Assembly: GCA_023920165.1 (NCBI GenBank)
Contig: CP089276.1
Location: 186,001-250,000, forward strand
Origin: Curvularia clavata
Taxonomy: Eukaryota
Direction: 5' to 3'
Length of the DNA: 64,000 bases
Shown: positions 13,288-27,329 of the stretch, one piece after another
Layout of the letters: each line of letters opens with the position of its first letter
How positions within the stretch are numbered: position 1 is the stretch's first letter
The notes under the pieces: model-generated
What the model saw: only the letters and a program-made list of their open reading frames with translations
Database searches by the model: none
What the model was told of the DNA's origin: nothing
Position numbers and translations under genes: made by a program

Positions 13288-14166
13288 ATGACTGTTCACA
13301 ACAACCCCCCGTTCCCTGTGGCAGCAGATCCAACTTACTCTCCTGTCGAGAGCGATACTTTTCCTTGTCCAGACGAACTCGAACCCACCTGCTACGGAGA
13401 CTCGTCGTATCCCTCATTATCAGAGTACAAGTATGCTTCGAACGGACTTGACAGCAACGGCGGCCCATGCTTCAGTCGGCCTGGCGAATCGGTGGATACC
13501 ACAACTCTCAATTGGACCGCCCCAGTCCCCAATGGATTTATCAGCCCACCAGCTGCCGGAGCCGGAGCCACACACGGAATGACGACTAATCCGCAGTTCA
13601 CCATGTGGCAGACAGGCGTCCCCACACCCTTGAGCACTTCGAGCGAGTCGCAGCAAGGCTACATGCCACCAGATTACAGTATTGCGGGATTCCCATCTGT
13701 TCCCTCACCGCTACCCACGCCCACTGGCCACGGAAGTCCCATCTCCCTTTCCCCGGTGACGACCAATCCCATTCCCTCCCCTGAAGACCCTAATCTGAAG
13801 CCTCAGCCACGCAAGCGGGGACGGCCACGCATCCATCGTCCCACGTCTGAAGGTTCTGCCATGAGTCCCGCCAAAGCCGCCCGGACGCAATGCATGCCGC
13901 ACACCGAAGTGGAGCGCAAGTACCGCGAGAAGCTGAATGCAGAGCTGGAGCGCCTCCGTAAGGCCGTGCCTATGCTGCCACAGAGTGATCCCTCAGAGTC
14001 TGGAGGCGTCAAACCCAGCAAGAGTATGGTGCTGGCTGTGGCTATTGACTATATCAAAGAGTTGGAGAGACAGCGTGATATCGCTGTGGAAGAGGTGGAG
14101 AGGTTAGGCGGCAAGGTCAAATTTGGGCGGCCGGGATCCTGGCGGAAGGAGAGTGAGGATACTTGA
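13288..14166 (+). CDS. bHLH transcription factor, SREBP-type basic region, with AT-hook-like motif
   Basis: C-terminal bHLH: HTEVERKYREKLNAELERLRKAVP...SKSMVLAVAIDYIKELE. RKRGRPR motif upstream and a P/S-rich N-terminus. First ATG at 13288. Confidence 0.88.
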   Translation: MTVHNNPPFPVAADPTYSPVESDTFPCPDELEPTCYGDSSYPSLSEYKYASNGLDSNGGPCFSRPGESVDTTTLNWTAPVPNGFISPPAAGAGATHGMTTNPQFTMWQTGVPTPLSTSSESQQGYMPPDYSIAGFPSVPSPLPTPTGHGSPISLSPVTTNPIPSPEDPNLKPQPRKRGRPRIHRPTSEGSAMSPAKAARTQCMPHTEVERKYREKLNAELERLRKAVPMLPQSDPSESGGVKPSKSMVLAVAIDYIKELERQRDIAVEEVERLGGKVKFGRPGSWRKESEDT

Positions 14167-16283
14167 TTTGCCTGCTCTGTTTTTTTTTCCTTGCCTAGGC
14201 TAGACCAAGTTAAGGGACTGTATCTATTCCCTTACTCGATTAGCCCGGGGGAGGGGAAAGCCGATATGCGGCCTTCTTCCTTTTCGGCAAAACAGGCGCT
14301 GGTTGGTTTGGAAAAGTATCCCCTTTTTTGGGATATTCCCGTCGGATGCGTGGTTTCCGCCCGTGTTGAACCATGCAAAGGTCTTTTAGTATATTCATGC
14401 CACTCACCGGACAGACGCCTTGTCTGTCTTCTTCCCCTTGCTAAGAGGCAAGAGGGGACAAACGAACGTCGCTTAATCTTCTCTTTTCTTTTTATTTGAC
14501 TTCAAGCACACAGATACCCATTTACTTGTACACTTTGTTGGAGAGGGCCCCCCTCGCTACGGCGTCTCTCTTGTAGAAAAGACTTATATACGTACACACG
14601 CGCATACATACATATACACATACAGCTGCGGTATTCCACTTCTTCTTCTCAAGCGACGGGTGTTAGTCGGAGGTGCTCACATAGATCATGAGGGTTAAGG
14701 GGGCATGAATGCAGGATGGCACCCGCCATGGTACCGATGACTTCTGCGCCGCCACCTACGACACAAGAGGACATTATCTCGAAGCGGAGTACATCACGGA
14801 TTGGAAATACCACAAGTTAGTCTTGGGTGTATTAACACATGATCGTTTCCCTCTTTTCGATGATCGAGTTATGTCATGGCATTGTACATGGTTTCCCTCT
14901 TAATGTGTAATATATAGAGATTCTGGCATGGTGTTTACGATATAGAGTATGAAACTGAAGGTTTTCATTGAGATTAACTGTTTTTCGCTGGATTATGGGT
15001 CTAAATATCGTTTTGGCATTGAATGACCTACGAACTGACAGCGACTCTCAGAGATTTGGGATTGGCTTGTCGCTGTAACTTGATCAACTAGATTTTGTAC
15101 ACGTATACGAAGAATACATCAGTTTGCATTGAGGCTTTCTTATGTATAGGGTCTGTGTTGCTACTCGTTGGGTGTCTGCTTGTATGATTGATAGGTATCT
15201 CTCGCGTTTCTACAGAATACTGAATAGCATATTATTGAATGCATGAATATGGTGTTGAATATCCAACATTTGCAGAGGTCCAGCATGCTTGGCATGCTCC
15301 AGTTGTTTTCATTGAACTTTCATCTGGAATAGGACAATGCGACTTGCCTCTTTCGTTAAAAGAACACTCCTACCATAGAAATAGGCCAATGCAGTCTACT
15401 AGTACATGAACTTGACAGGATTCTAACACTACAGGATCTGTAGCGCCACGAATGTAGCAGTAGCATGTTTTGTCTTCACCGAGTCCCTTGCGTCTGGACG
15501 TGTTGTTCGATTTAAACAGCTCAAATCACCCACCCTGCGGCAGATGTAGAGAAGCGCCTTCATGAATGATAGAAATCTAGACGATACAGTACCTATTCTG
15601 CATTGAGGTGGTCTAATGGTGGTATTCCAAGCCCCAGTTTTGTCGGCAGATTTCCCCGAGCGATCTACACACCTTGCTTGGTTTGCTTAGTACATATTTG
15701 TACTCTACCCGAATCCAGCCACTCAATGACACTCAAAACATATGCATGTATGACTTTCATGATCACTTGCTTTCTCTTTGGGTCTTGGGAATAAATTCTA
15801 AGCAAAGAGGATACAGGAAGAAACCGCAGGGCGTAACTCTGCCCTAACCCAAACAAGATCGAACAAGAAGAAAGGGCATAACTTACTTCAACTGCCTTGC
15901 CTTCTCACAAAAATAGCCTTAGTCAACCGAATACGAAGTGAGTGCTGTCCATACCCCAATTCCTTCCGCGTATTACCCAAACCGGTATCGGCCTTTTCCC
16001 CTCCCCCCCACCTCCAACCAATCAACCCTGCGTCTCTCCCCAACACCCAGGAACCCGCAACATCGCCAACGACAAGCTTCTTATTCTTTGAGAGAGAGAA
16101 AACGCACGCCTCATTTACCGCTTGTTTCCGCGCCTCACGTAAAATACGAGAGGGAATAAAGTTTGGAATCTACATCTTACGCGTCATCACGCAGTGGGAA
16201 ACCTGTCCTTTGTTCACGTTACTTATTGTCTTTGATCTTCGCAGAGGAACAACAACTATATCGATACTAACACTGCAATATCC

Positions 16284-18596
16284 ATGGCGATGCAAAATAG
16301 TGCCACGGTTGCAACGACGCTGAGCGAGCAAGATGAAGCAGGGAATATACTTCGGACGTATATTTTCTCTTCGTCGTCGGGTGAGCAGCAGCAGCAAGGT
16401 ACCAGCGCTATAGACAAGAAAGATGAAGGAAGTAGCCAAGAAAAAGGAAGTACCAGAGTCGATGTAGTCGTACGTGTGCCATTACCTCTCCTTTCCACCT
16501 GGGCTTTTTTTACTTTCATCCTCCAACCATCTTTTCCTCACAGTGTGCAATAATTCCCACGGCCCCATCCCTAATCCCACGTCAAACTAACTCTTAAATC
16601 TTGTTTTCTTCGAAAAATACAGACTCCAAAGCAAGCCCGGAAAACCATACTGCAGCAACTCCTCGACGTCTTTCTCCCCAGCGGATTTCCAAATAGCGTG
16701 ACGGAGGATTATGTCGCATATCAGATATTTGTACGTCTGCTAATTTTGCTTGTTTCCTCCTGTCATTGTTCAAAGTGAGTGAGTGGTTGCAATTGTCCAA
16801 GAGGAAAGTAGGAGGAGGTACAAGAGAGCAAACAAGAGGGAAGAAGCAAGGGAGAATCATTCTAACACCATTGACCACACAACCAGGACTCACTCCAAGC
16901 TTTCTCGTCTTCAATCGCAGGCATGTTGGCCTCGAGAGCCGTCTTAGAAGGTACGATTCTTGGATCTACACTACGTCCCCTCTACCCTTTCCCCCTTCTC
17001 TACACATCCCACCCTATCTACTTCACCTCTCTCCTCCCTAACACCCCTCCAAGGCGTCGGCGTCGGCGACCCCACCACAACCCCCACCGCCGCCCTCCTC
17101 CTCTCCGTGCTCCACGAGTCTACAGGACGCATCGCCACGATCCTATTCGCGCATCGTCTTGGCACCGCCCTGGAGCCCGAATGCAAAATGTACCGACTTG
17201 CAGCTGATATCTTCAATGACACGGCCATGGTGCTGGATTGTTTGTCACCAGGGTTCCCCAAGCCGCTGCGTGTGGTGGTGCTGAGTGGTGCGAGTTGTTT
17301 GCGTGCGCTGTGTGGTGTTTGTGCGGGGAGTGCAAAGGCGAGTTTGAGTGCGCATTTTGCGAAAGCAGGGAATCTTGGGGAAGTGAATGCGGTGAGTTTT
17401 CACGATGAGTTTTCTTTGCTGTACCCCACCCCTTTTTTGTTTGCATTGTGGTCAGTTAAGAGCCCCAGTTTTTTTTGCTTTGAGTAAGCTTGCTCTCTTC
17501 TCTCCTTTGCTCAAGCATGAGTAAGCCGAGCATGGAGAGATAAGGAGTGTTGACAAAGTTTTCTCTAATTGGAGTCGTGAAAAGAGTTGGCGTGAGATAA
17601 GATCGTGGGTCTAAAGGCATACATAACCGACGGGTTTTTAAGGCGAAAGTCTAGAATTACAGAATATACATGGCTAACTCATACTCCTCTTTCTCCCGAA
17701 CAGAAAGATTCAAGTCAAGAAACCGTCATATCACTACTGGGCATGCTTGTAAGTTAGTCAGCTCATATCGTTTCAAGTCCTCGTTTAAGGTTACTTCAAG
17801 GGATATTGACACGCAGTACGGTGAATAGGCAGGAAGCTTCGCAGTCTCGCACATTACCTCACCACTGGAAACATGGTGTACATTCATCCTCCTGCTGTGC
17901 ATCCACCTGGGCACAAACTATGCCGCAGTGCGGGCTGTCAAGATGCAATCGCTCAACCGACAACGAGCCAACATCCTCTTCGGCCACGTCTTCCAACACG
18001 GCGTGGTACTGAGTCCCGGCGAGGTTTCGACGCGTGAACGCATATTTGAGAGGAGTGGCGTGCTGCGATGGGCGAATGACGAAGTGCTTGGCAGGTGTAG
18101 GATTGGTGTCTCCCTCCACGATATGCTAGGCGCGATTGGCGCACGACAGCATAAGCTGAGCGGGTCGCTACTAGCATCGCCGCACAGTGGTGTGGATGTA
18201 TTTGAGTTATTGTCAGTCTTTAAGTCCGAGGGCTATGTGCTTTGGCCTGCCCCGCCGGCCGGCGAGGCTCTGATCGTTCTCAAGGCAGGGTGCGGACCGA
18301 TTGATCAGCTCAAGGCTTGGGCACATGTACTGCTGGTTGCGGCAAGAGCGCAACACGGGAAGGAGTATTCGGAGAGTAAGCCGGACATGGCGGCAGCTCC
18401 AGCGATGACAGCGGCGGCAGAGGCGACAACAACAACCACGATAGACAAGCATGGGCTGATTGCTGAGCTCAGAGAGACGCTGATCGAGGTGCAAACCATG
18501 TTTGACAAATATGGGGAAACCATGAGGACAAAGGGCTGGGATCTCAGTGTTGCCGCAATGGAGACAAAGGCCGGGATGCGGCTGCAGATTTCTTGA
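16284..18596 (+). CDS. RUS1/DUF647 (root UVB sensitive) family protein
   Basis: Spliced motifs: LDVFLPSGFPNSVTEDYVAYQIF-DSLQAFSSSIAGMLASRAVLEG-VGVGD, ECKMYRLAADIFND, HFAKAGNLGEVNA-KDSSQETVISLLGML, NYAAVRAVKMQSLNRQRA. Five introns. Confidence 0.9.
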
Positions 18597-21569
18597 CGGG
18601 ACGGCCTGGATGGTCATTTACACGACTTTGGTTAAAACCAGTGCTTTCTAGTCCAACATGCGTGAAACAAACGACGTGAGCGGGGAGCATGGATATCCCC
18701 ACGAAATTGATGTTCTGGGGCCATGGATGATGGACAGCCCGAGCGGTCCACAGACGTGTTACAGCCCGTCGTGGTCAAACGTCGCTCGGCCACTACTACA
18801 TCCATACCACTACATCATCACATGCCGGCTGGGCTCGAACCGCATAGGATCGACACTAGCATGTGCCTCCAGGCTTGTGTTTGAGAATGACAAATGACCT
18901 CCCGGCGGGAAATCAAACAGTCTTATTTTTTTCTTCTCTTCGACTTCTCTTCGACTTCTCTCTCGTCATCGCTGCGGCAAAGTAAGCGCGCATGGGGTGC
19001 ATGGTGTCAGCGATCCACCCAGGCAGGTTTCAGATATACCTGGCGCTTTCGCCCGGGCGCCGATTGTCGGTTCTGCAAGAATCAATATTGTGCATCCAAG
19101 CTCTAGATGCTAGTGTGGAGTGCGGGCTGTTATCATGTCGTCTACTATAGGATGGATGTTTGAATGGACTCTGCCGTGCCGAGCAGCTCCATTAGGATGC
19201 GATGCAACATCAGCAACCCACGTACCGCTGACACCGTCATAAATGAAAGAGTATTGATTGCAATCAAACCCGGGCGTGACCAAGTCTACTTTTCCCGAAA
19301 ACGTGGTCGTTGGGAGGGTAAGCCAGTTGAGGCTCCGGGATGAAGGAAAAACAAAATCATGCATGTTGTGCATGGTCAGCGCCACTGTGTATGCAAGAAA
19401 AGGGCAAGGCGTGCCGGTGTCAGGCTGGAAAGTGAGTACACGGATGCATAGTCAGCCACTGGGTTTCATCCATGGTGCTTGAGCAGACGTGCGAGGTGGG
19501 CGTAACAGATCAAACAAAAAAAAAGCAATCGCCACTGAGCGGTGAAGTATAGAAAAATTCACAAATGTTTTTTTCCGACTGATGGCAAAGTGGACCACTG
19601 GGTGCGTCATGGCATGTCATGTTCCTGAGACGTCGAAGCGAGAGATTTTGTTGGCGAGACAAAATTTTCGGTGGAAGTCTAGGTCTGGGTCTTGGGGTTT
19701 GGTTGAGGAACAAGAAGGGGGCTGCTGAGTCGTTTGTCGGCTATTATCGGGGCTTGCACGACAGGAACAGGCGCTACGAGGGCGCGAAGTGCAACGGCAG
19801 CGAGAGAGGCTTGAAGATGGGCCGAAGACGTTTTCCCAACAGCAATGCAGGCGTGCATCGGATGCGGACGCTTTACCTGGAGTGAAGATGAGATGACGGG
19901 TATTGTGTGGGATATGCGGCAGCGTCGATGGAGGGATCGACAGGCCATGGGCGGACAAGCGGCCCTAAACGGCATCGGGCAATATTCTAGAAGCGCAACG
20001 GACTTCGAGAATGCATCTTCGACGGCACGGATGTCTGAGGAAGCGCCAGGGTAAGCGGTGGCCTGACCAGGAGGGCTTCCGTAGACGTCAGGATGGCCGA
20101 GGGGAGGAAAACCAAGTCGGGCCGTGAAGAGCCAGCTCAGAGGGCCGAGTGCGTATGGCGCGTGGATAGTAGCTACTAAATGTACAAGTAGGCGTGTCTA
20201 AGGCATAAGGCAGAGGTGCTTGAATCGTACATGGGGGGCGATGGTATAGGCCGAGTGCTATAGGCAGCTAGCGCATTTAGGTACGACGTCGGACCCTCAA
20301 TTACGTAGTCTAAGAAGGAAAGAAAGCATATGCGTGTGTGTTTGCAACAGTTGGAACCGCGGTGAGCGGGTCCGGTCCATGGCTGAGGTTTGTCGTGTGT
20401 CAGGTATTTGTGGCCATACGGAGCCGGTTCCCGGCTAGACGTGTGGGCGAGGACGCGTTTGTCCCCAAGCATAGGGCCAAAGCCAAGCCTGTGGCCGTGC
20501 ACGGCCCGCTCGCCTGTGCAGCAGAGGGGGCGTGTGATTGGATGTGGGGGGAAGTGAGCACGTTGAAGGCTTGCCTGACGACCATGGAATGGCACAACAG
20601 ATGGGGCTGGCCGCGGTCTGGCTGGCCGTGGAGTGAATGGCAGTTGATGTGGCTTGCTGTCGGTACGTGGACGGAAGCACAACGACTGCTAACAGACGAC
20701 ATCCGATGGAGCTTTTGCGTGGGCGTGGCGGCGGTGGGCAGAGTCAGAGGGTGGATTAGTGGCAGTCGGGCTGCAGCCGCGGTTTTGCCGTGAGTGGGAG
20801 CCTCAGGCGTCAGTCAGGCATCTGGTCCATGTTGTGTGTGGCGGCTGCAGTGCAATAGACAGATGCGAACGAGGATGAGATGTGGGGAGGCAGAGGCCTT
20901 GGCCACGGCAACCAAAGCAGTTAGCAGCGGGTGTAGGCGCAGCAGTGGGAGCCGGGCGCTGCAAAAGGAAAGAGGGCAAATGAGAGGGGGGCAAGTTTGC
21001 TATGGAAGAACAAAAAGGGCCGAGGGGTGCAGTGCAGTGCAGTACAGTGCAGTTGGGAGAGAATGACGGAGTGCGGCGGAGATATCGCTGTCCAAGCAGC
21101 CGACGGCGGGCAAGGCTGCTGGGGTCGAGAGGGGAAGGGCCAAGGCAATGTACTATGCGCACAGTGGCCGGGGTCGGAAACTAGATGCGAAGGGAATGGC
21201 TGCGGATGGAGTGAGATAACAACAACAACCGTGCTGGCTTGCAGCTGGTGTTACTGGCGACGACGCCGGCGGAGCACGACTGAGGTAGCGTCGATGGATG
21301 GGACGAGTCTTTTTCTTTTGGGCGCGGCTTTGTTTTTGCGCGCACGTCACGGGACTCGGGGAGGGGGAGGGGAGAGGAGAGGAGAGGAAAGCGAGGCAGG
21401 AGCGATGGATGGATGGATGGGGAGGGCAGGAGCAGTGGGCAGTGAGCAGTATCGATAGCAGCTGGGGCAGGTGCAATGGGCTGGACGAGCATGGCATGGA
21501 AGCCACGACCAGCAACAGCACCGCACCCGCACGGCAGCTGTAACTGTATGTACTATGACCACCACGACG

Positions 21570-21598
21570 ACAGCAGCAGCAGCAGCAGTAGCAGCAAC
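21570..21598 (+). repeat. (CAG)n microsatellite in a low-complexity intergenic/leader region
   Basis: cagcagcagcagcagcagtagcagcaac. Nearby are (GGAT)n at about 21405, (TCGTC)4 at about 22039 and (CAC)n tracts at 22010-22170. Confidence 0.8.
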
Positions 21599-22467
21599 AT
21601 GACCACATCCATACGAGCATCGGACGTGGCAAAAGGCGGAGCAGCAGCAGCAGACGACGGGCGAGCAGTGGGCAGCGAGCAGGCAGGGCAGGGGAGGGGG
21701 CGCTCAGTTTCGGCCGGGATGGTGATGCGGGCGTGCGTCTTCCAGAAGTCTTGATGGGCCAATGGGGCGTGTAGCGCGCATGGCCGCTTTTACAGGCCAA
21801 ACCGCTGGGTGGAGACATGGCGTGTGCGCTCTGACTGAGCTTTCTGCCACGCTTGGGCCACGCCCACGCTGGGCCGGGCTCCCTGACTCTCCACCGGCGC
21901 TTCGCTCAAAACCACGCTGAGCCGCAGCTGCACCCAAACCACCACCCACGTCCTGACGCACATTGCCTGTCTCACCACCACCGCTCCTCTTCACACGCAG
22001 ACCCACCCTCCACCACCACTACCATTCACTACCACCTTTCGTCTCGTCTCGTCTCGTCTCGCTCGCACCACCTCCACCACCACATCTACCACCGCCGCCG
22101 CCGCCATTAACTGCGCTCCACTCGCACGCACACGCTCCCCGCCGTGCAACCACCACCACCACCACCACCACCCTCCGTTAGCTGCTGCCGTGTGCCCTTC
22201 CAGAAGACGCTATAGAAGCCTGTCCGCCCGTGTGCTGCCCGCCCGCCGCCCAAACTGCCCTTGGTCAGCCCTCGATGCTGCTGCCGTCGATATCCTAATC
22301 CACTGCTCTTCCCACCACGCTGGCTCCCCGACACTAGGTTCTCCCCGAACCTCGTGCCACCCGCCGTCAAGCTGGCCCAACAAGTGCACCTCTGCCCCTG
22401 CGAAGGCTTCGACGAGCAGAGTAGGAAGAACGCCCGCCGCGTCTACAAGCAATTCTGGAAAAGCGTC

Positions 22468-23715
22468 ATGGTCACCCGGAAAACCGGAAACCACGCTCTG
22501 TCGATAAAGACGTCGTCCTCGTCGGCCTCGACGGCCACCTCGCCCACACACTCACACCACGACGCCTCGGATGACCACTACTCCACAATGGCCATGCCCG
22601 ACTGCCAGTCCCAGCCCGCTCCCTTGACCGTCTCCATCCCAAACCACCTCCCCAGCCTGCAATGTCGGAAGCCCAACTTGGCCGAGATTCTCAACAACAC
22701 CGCCCCTCCCCCATACACTCTGACCTCCTTCATGGCCTTTCTCTCGCAGAACCACTGCCTCGAGAACCTCGAGTTCACAATGGACGCTTCCCGCTACCGC
22801 AAGCACTACTCCAAGATGGTCAGCCGTCACCCAGGCAGCCCCATTTCGCCCCTGTCCGACGAGTGTGCCTATGTCCTCATGCTCTGGCGTCGCTTGATCG
22901 ATGCCTACATTCGCGAGTCTGGCCCACGCGAAGTAAGCCATGCCCCATACCCACCCATCTCTACTGGGCCCTTTTACTGACTTGTCCCCCAGGTCAATCT
23001 CCCCGCAGAGGTCCGTGACAACCTCCTCAGCCTTTCCGACTCGTACGTGCCCCCGCACCCGTCGTCTCTCGACAGTGCCGTGGCCAAGATCAACGAACTC
23101 ATGGAGGAGAGTGTGCTGGTGTCTTTCCTGAACTCAGTCACACCACACAGCGCACACCCAACGGTTAGCCACGACAGCTATGCCGCAAGTAACATTTCGC
23201 GCTCGTCGACCCGCAGCCACGAGGACCGCAGCGTCTTCTCCCGCTCGTCACACCCACCAGTGCCTGCGCATCAACGTGCATCAGCACCATCTTCCCTCAC
23301 TTCGGGCTTCATGCAGTCCCGTCCATTCTCCCATGCCCGCTTCCACTCCCAGCCCACGTCGTCCGGCCCGCCACCGGCCACGCGCGTTACATCGGGCTAC
23401 GCAAGCGGCAGCGACGCATTGACCGATGACTCGGGTAGCGCAAGCAGCCCATCTGGCATGAGTGATCCATTGACTCCTCCCGGCACACCTCCCGTGAGCG
23501 AGTATCCCATGACCGACTTTCACCATGCCTACTACGACCAGGCTCCAAGCAGCGGTACACCTAGCCCTCGCAACAGCCGCGGCGAGCACAATGGCCTTGC
23601 TAGCGCCACCAGAGACAGCTGGAAGCGAGTCAGCAGTAAGCTGTGGCCTAGAAAGAAGAGCGGCAGCCAGCTTCGAGACGACGAGCCCGGCGTAGTCGAA
23701 GGAGGTCTCTTCTAA
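22468..23715 (+). CDS. RGS-domain protein (RgsA/Rgs2-like regulator of G-protein signalling)
   Basis: PNLAEILNNTAPPPYTLTSFMAFLSQNHCLENLEFTMD...LWRRLIDAYIRESGPRE-VNLPAEVRD...LMEESVLVSFLN. Intron at about 22933-22992. Ser/Pro-rich tail. Confidence 0.9.
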
Positions 23716-26700
23716 GCCATGCCATGGCCCTTCAGCTCGCCTTCCATAACAACAACCCTCCTCCTTTCTATGTTCAAAACCACGCACACTCCCACGATTA
23801 CGACGATGCAATCAGAGCGACTTGTATCATTTCAATTATGCATACTGGGCATCATGTCCACCGGCGTCACTATTCTTCCATCTACGCGGTCCCCTCGGCA
23901 TGCAAAGGCGCAACTGGCTCACGACCCGGCGAGGTTGTTTTGTTTTTTCTCGGCATTCCCCTATTCTACCATGACTAGACATTTGAACAGGCGTTGCAAA
24001 ATTCCTGGACCATCTACAACCGACATTTAGTCATCCACTCCCACCTCTGTATACCAGCTCGGTGGTCGGGAGAGTATGCAAGGCGTTTCCTGTTGACATC
24101 ATCAAGAGCATATCATGAACCAACCCTGTCGGGTATGATTTTGATAGTGTTTTTTTATTCTTTATTGATATGTATCATTACGGCTCGATTTTTTCTTTCT
24201 CACATCCACACTTGTTGGGAGCCTTTTAGATTCGGCAAGGGGACGGCGTTTTATTATTTTTCCTTTGTGTTCATAAGGCTTTGACGAGGAAGTTGGATTA
24301 GATACCAAAAGCGCACCAAGAAGCGCTAGAGAATCATGACCATATTGCGGTTGGTTGACTCCAACACGCTCAAACTATTCTGTCTTGGAAGCCTGCTGGC
24401 AGTGATGTTCTGGTCAATAAAGTAGAGCTCGGCATATAAGGTTGTTGCTACCTAGGCCATCATCTTACAACGTGTCGATCTGACGCCCACTAGCATCGCC
24501 CCGGAGTATGCACTACGCTGCCTGCCTCTGTCTCTCACTGCCGCACTAACCTCTTCCTGTGTATACACTTTGCACCAAACAGTTCACCACCCCACTTCCT
24601 CACCCACCCACCTCCTTGCTTTAGCACTCTAGCCCCAGCCCCGTAGTTTCGGGCAAACACCACCTCGCCGACTGTGAGGGGTGCAAGTGGTGCGGGAAGG
24701 ATTGTTATGCAAGGGATGAGGGTCGGGTAGCTGGCGGATGGGAGGGTCGGGTATGGGGCTTTGAGATCGTAAGGAGAAACATGATAGGTAGCTGTATAAT
24801 GGCTGGTGAGCTGAAAAAAAAGCTTGGTATTGCTGTGTATTCTGACAGACTCGGTAATACTGACCCGATTTCAAAGCAATTCAAGAGTCACTTGTCATGT
24901 CGCAATCATTTTCTTTGTTGTGGTCTAGGTGTACGTATCAGACATCACGACAGGTGCACACCGATCATGCTAACATCTCACTCATGTCAACGTCACGTAT
25001 TCTTCGTGTACGCTTCCAACATGTCTCAGTCTCTACTGCGCCCCTTCCGATTCCCAGGGCCATGGGCTGCCTTTGTGGTCTAATTCTGTGGCACCGAAGC
25101 GGATGCGGCACGGTTAAGGCTTTCCCAAGTGACGGGGAGAAGGGAAAGGGCTGCTGCTAGCTTTGTTGCAAACACTGTTTGCCGATTCCGTCCTTAGAGA
25201 AAGCAAGAGAGAGTAGGTGTTTGTATGAACAGTAACTGTTGGTGGCGTCGCCGAAGCGGACTATAGCTGATATATTTTCTGTAGCTGGACAGGGGAGGAT
25301 ACAACCAAAAACAGAGTAATGATGAGTTGAACGTCAGTCACCTATTTCCAAATACCACTATACATGCACACACATTTGCGCTTCAACCCTCCTTTTTTTA
25401 AATGATTACTCATACTCTTACCTGTACACAACAAAGACTCTAATTTCCACATTCCATATACTGAAAGTATATCGTACACAGGCTATATGGTCCGTGACTC
25501 CCTTGTCACCATCTCCTATCCGGAGCCCGTAGGATCCGTTCGCTTTTCGCTTATCGCGCTTTTTGAGCAACGCCCAGGAAGGAATTACAAAAATACCCAT
25601 CTTGTAACGGTTAGTGTTTTTCCTCGTCGTCGCCCGTGGTGAAACAAAAAAGGGTCCAAGTGTAGGATCGGAGCGAGGACCCAGAATGTGTGATACGGAT
25701 GATCAGGCGTGACGTGTTTGAGATAAGAGACGGGTGGTGCTGAGTCAGTTGTACTGCTCGCTGCTTCTGTGCACCGCAATCGGAGTCTGCACGGGCAAAG
25801 TGGGTTCGTGAAGACTGTGCTCTGTGTGTGTGCTACAGTGGGTACGCGTCTGGCGTGATAATCAGGTGTTCAAGACAAAGACGCAGCCACAAGACCTAGG
25901 GCTTCTGGAAGGGTGGTCTCATTGGCTTGTAAGCGACCCTGGGTTTTTGCACACCCCTGCTACATAGGACGACAACAGGTGGGCTACCATGTTCTTCGTG
26001 TGCGACTAGTAGTAGTATTTTCTCTCAACTCTTTTCTCAAGTCCCTCTCGCCATCATCACGATCATGCACCAGGCACGTAGCCACAGCCCATCCAGCCCA
26101 AATGTCGCGCAAAGACGTCACCATACCCACAAATTGCGCTTTGGTCCCGTTGTGTCCAATAATGCCTCTGCATGCTTATTCCCGCATCTCCGACTTTCCT
26201 TTTCCATCCAAGCTCAATAGCACCACCACACCACCGGCACATGTACCGCGTTGCAAATCCCCTTTTTGCCACAACAGGCACATGCATGATTCTCCACCTG
26301 TCGCAACGTGGTGAAAATCACTCGATGGCGCGAGACTGAATCCGTCGCAAAGCTTACGTCTGCTAGGAACAAATCCTCCCACCCATCGCAACAGCGTTAT
26401 GTACGTGTACACAGACCCTCTCAATAGCTGTGGTGGCACACCAAGACCACACGCCGCGCCGCGCAACGGCAACTCCCGCACGCAAAAGTAAAAAAAAAAA
26501 AAGGCTTGATCCGGTGTCGAGTCTTTTTGACCTTGTTTTCTCGGTGAAGACACGGCCAAGATAGAGTTTATTCGGTGTACGCAGTACAGCTAGACTTGCG
26601 TAACACTCTTCTTCTTCTCGAATCAGTCACACCAGGATCCGCATCGAACCCTTTCGTCGTTGCATCATCAGACCTATAGCATACGAGACTATACAGTTTC

Positions 26701-27329
26701 ATTTCCCATACCCCTCCTCTGGAAAGCGGTTGCATGAGTAGTATATATTCGTTCCGCGGAGCACTACCAACGGCTTTTTTTCCAAGGCGGCGAGAAAACG
26801 GGGCCGATCAAGGGAAAAAGCTAAGCTACACCGCCTGCCCGATGGTATAGTCTGGTTGGTAGTATGACGAAATGGCCATACCATTGAAAGGGACTTGCCG
26901 ATACTTTTGATGGCGCCTATACAGAAGTTTATGGTCTACCCACGATTCATCTACTTGCCCATTTATCACGCGTTCGAATGAACTGAGTCAATGAACTGTC
27001 ATGTTCGCAATGCGAACCCATCGATATGTCGTGTTACCCCTCCTCATGTGCTGCACGTGCATGCATGTAGTATTACGCCTTCCAGACCGCCTGCAGACTC
27101 CACACCGTCATAGCAGCGCCGATCCCTTACGGCCCCGCGGTGGTAAAGTGGCAAAACTTCGAGAAGTGTTCCAGAAAGAAAAGCCACAACAAAAGTGATC
27201 AGCGAGAAGAAATGAGTGTTATTTGTTGATTTGGTTTTCGTGTTGAGATGGAGGCGGTACCCACATGCTCACTGGAAGCAGGACCTAGTCTCTCTCCAAT
27301 GACTGGTGAGACCGGAACATGGGAGGCGG

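Noticed and set aside
19600..22200. Numerous 70-220 aa ORFs on both strands
   Set aside because: They are low-complexity translations of microsatellite and GC-rich DNA with no recognisable motifs.
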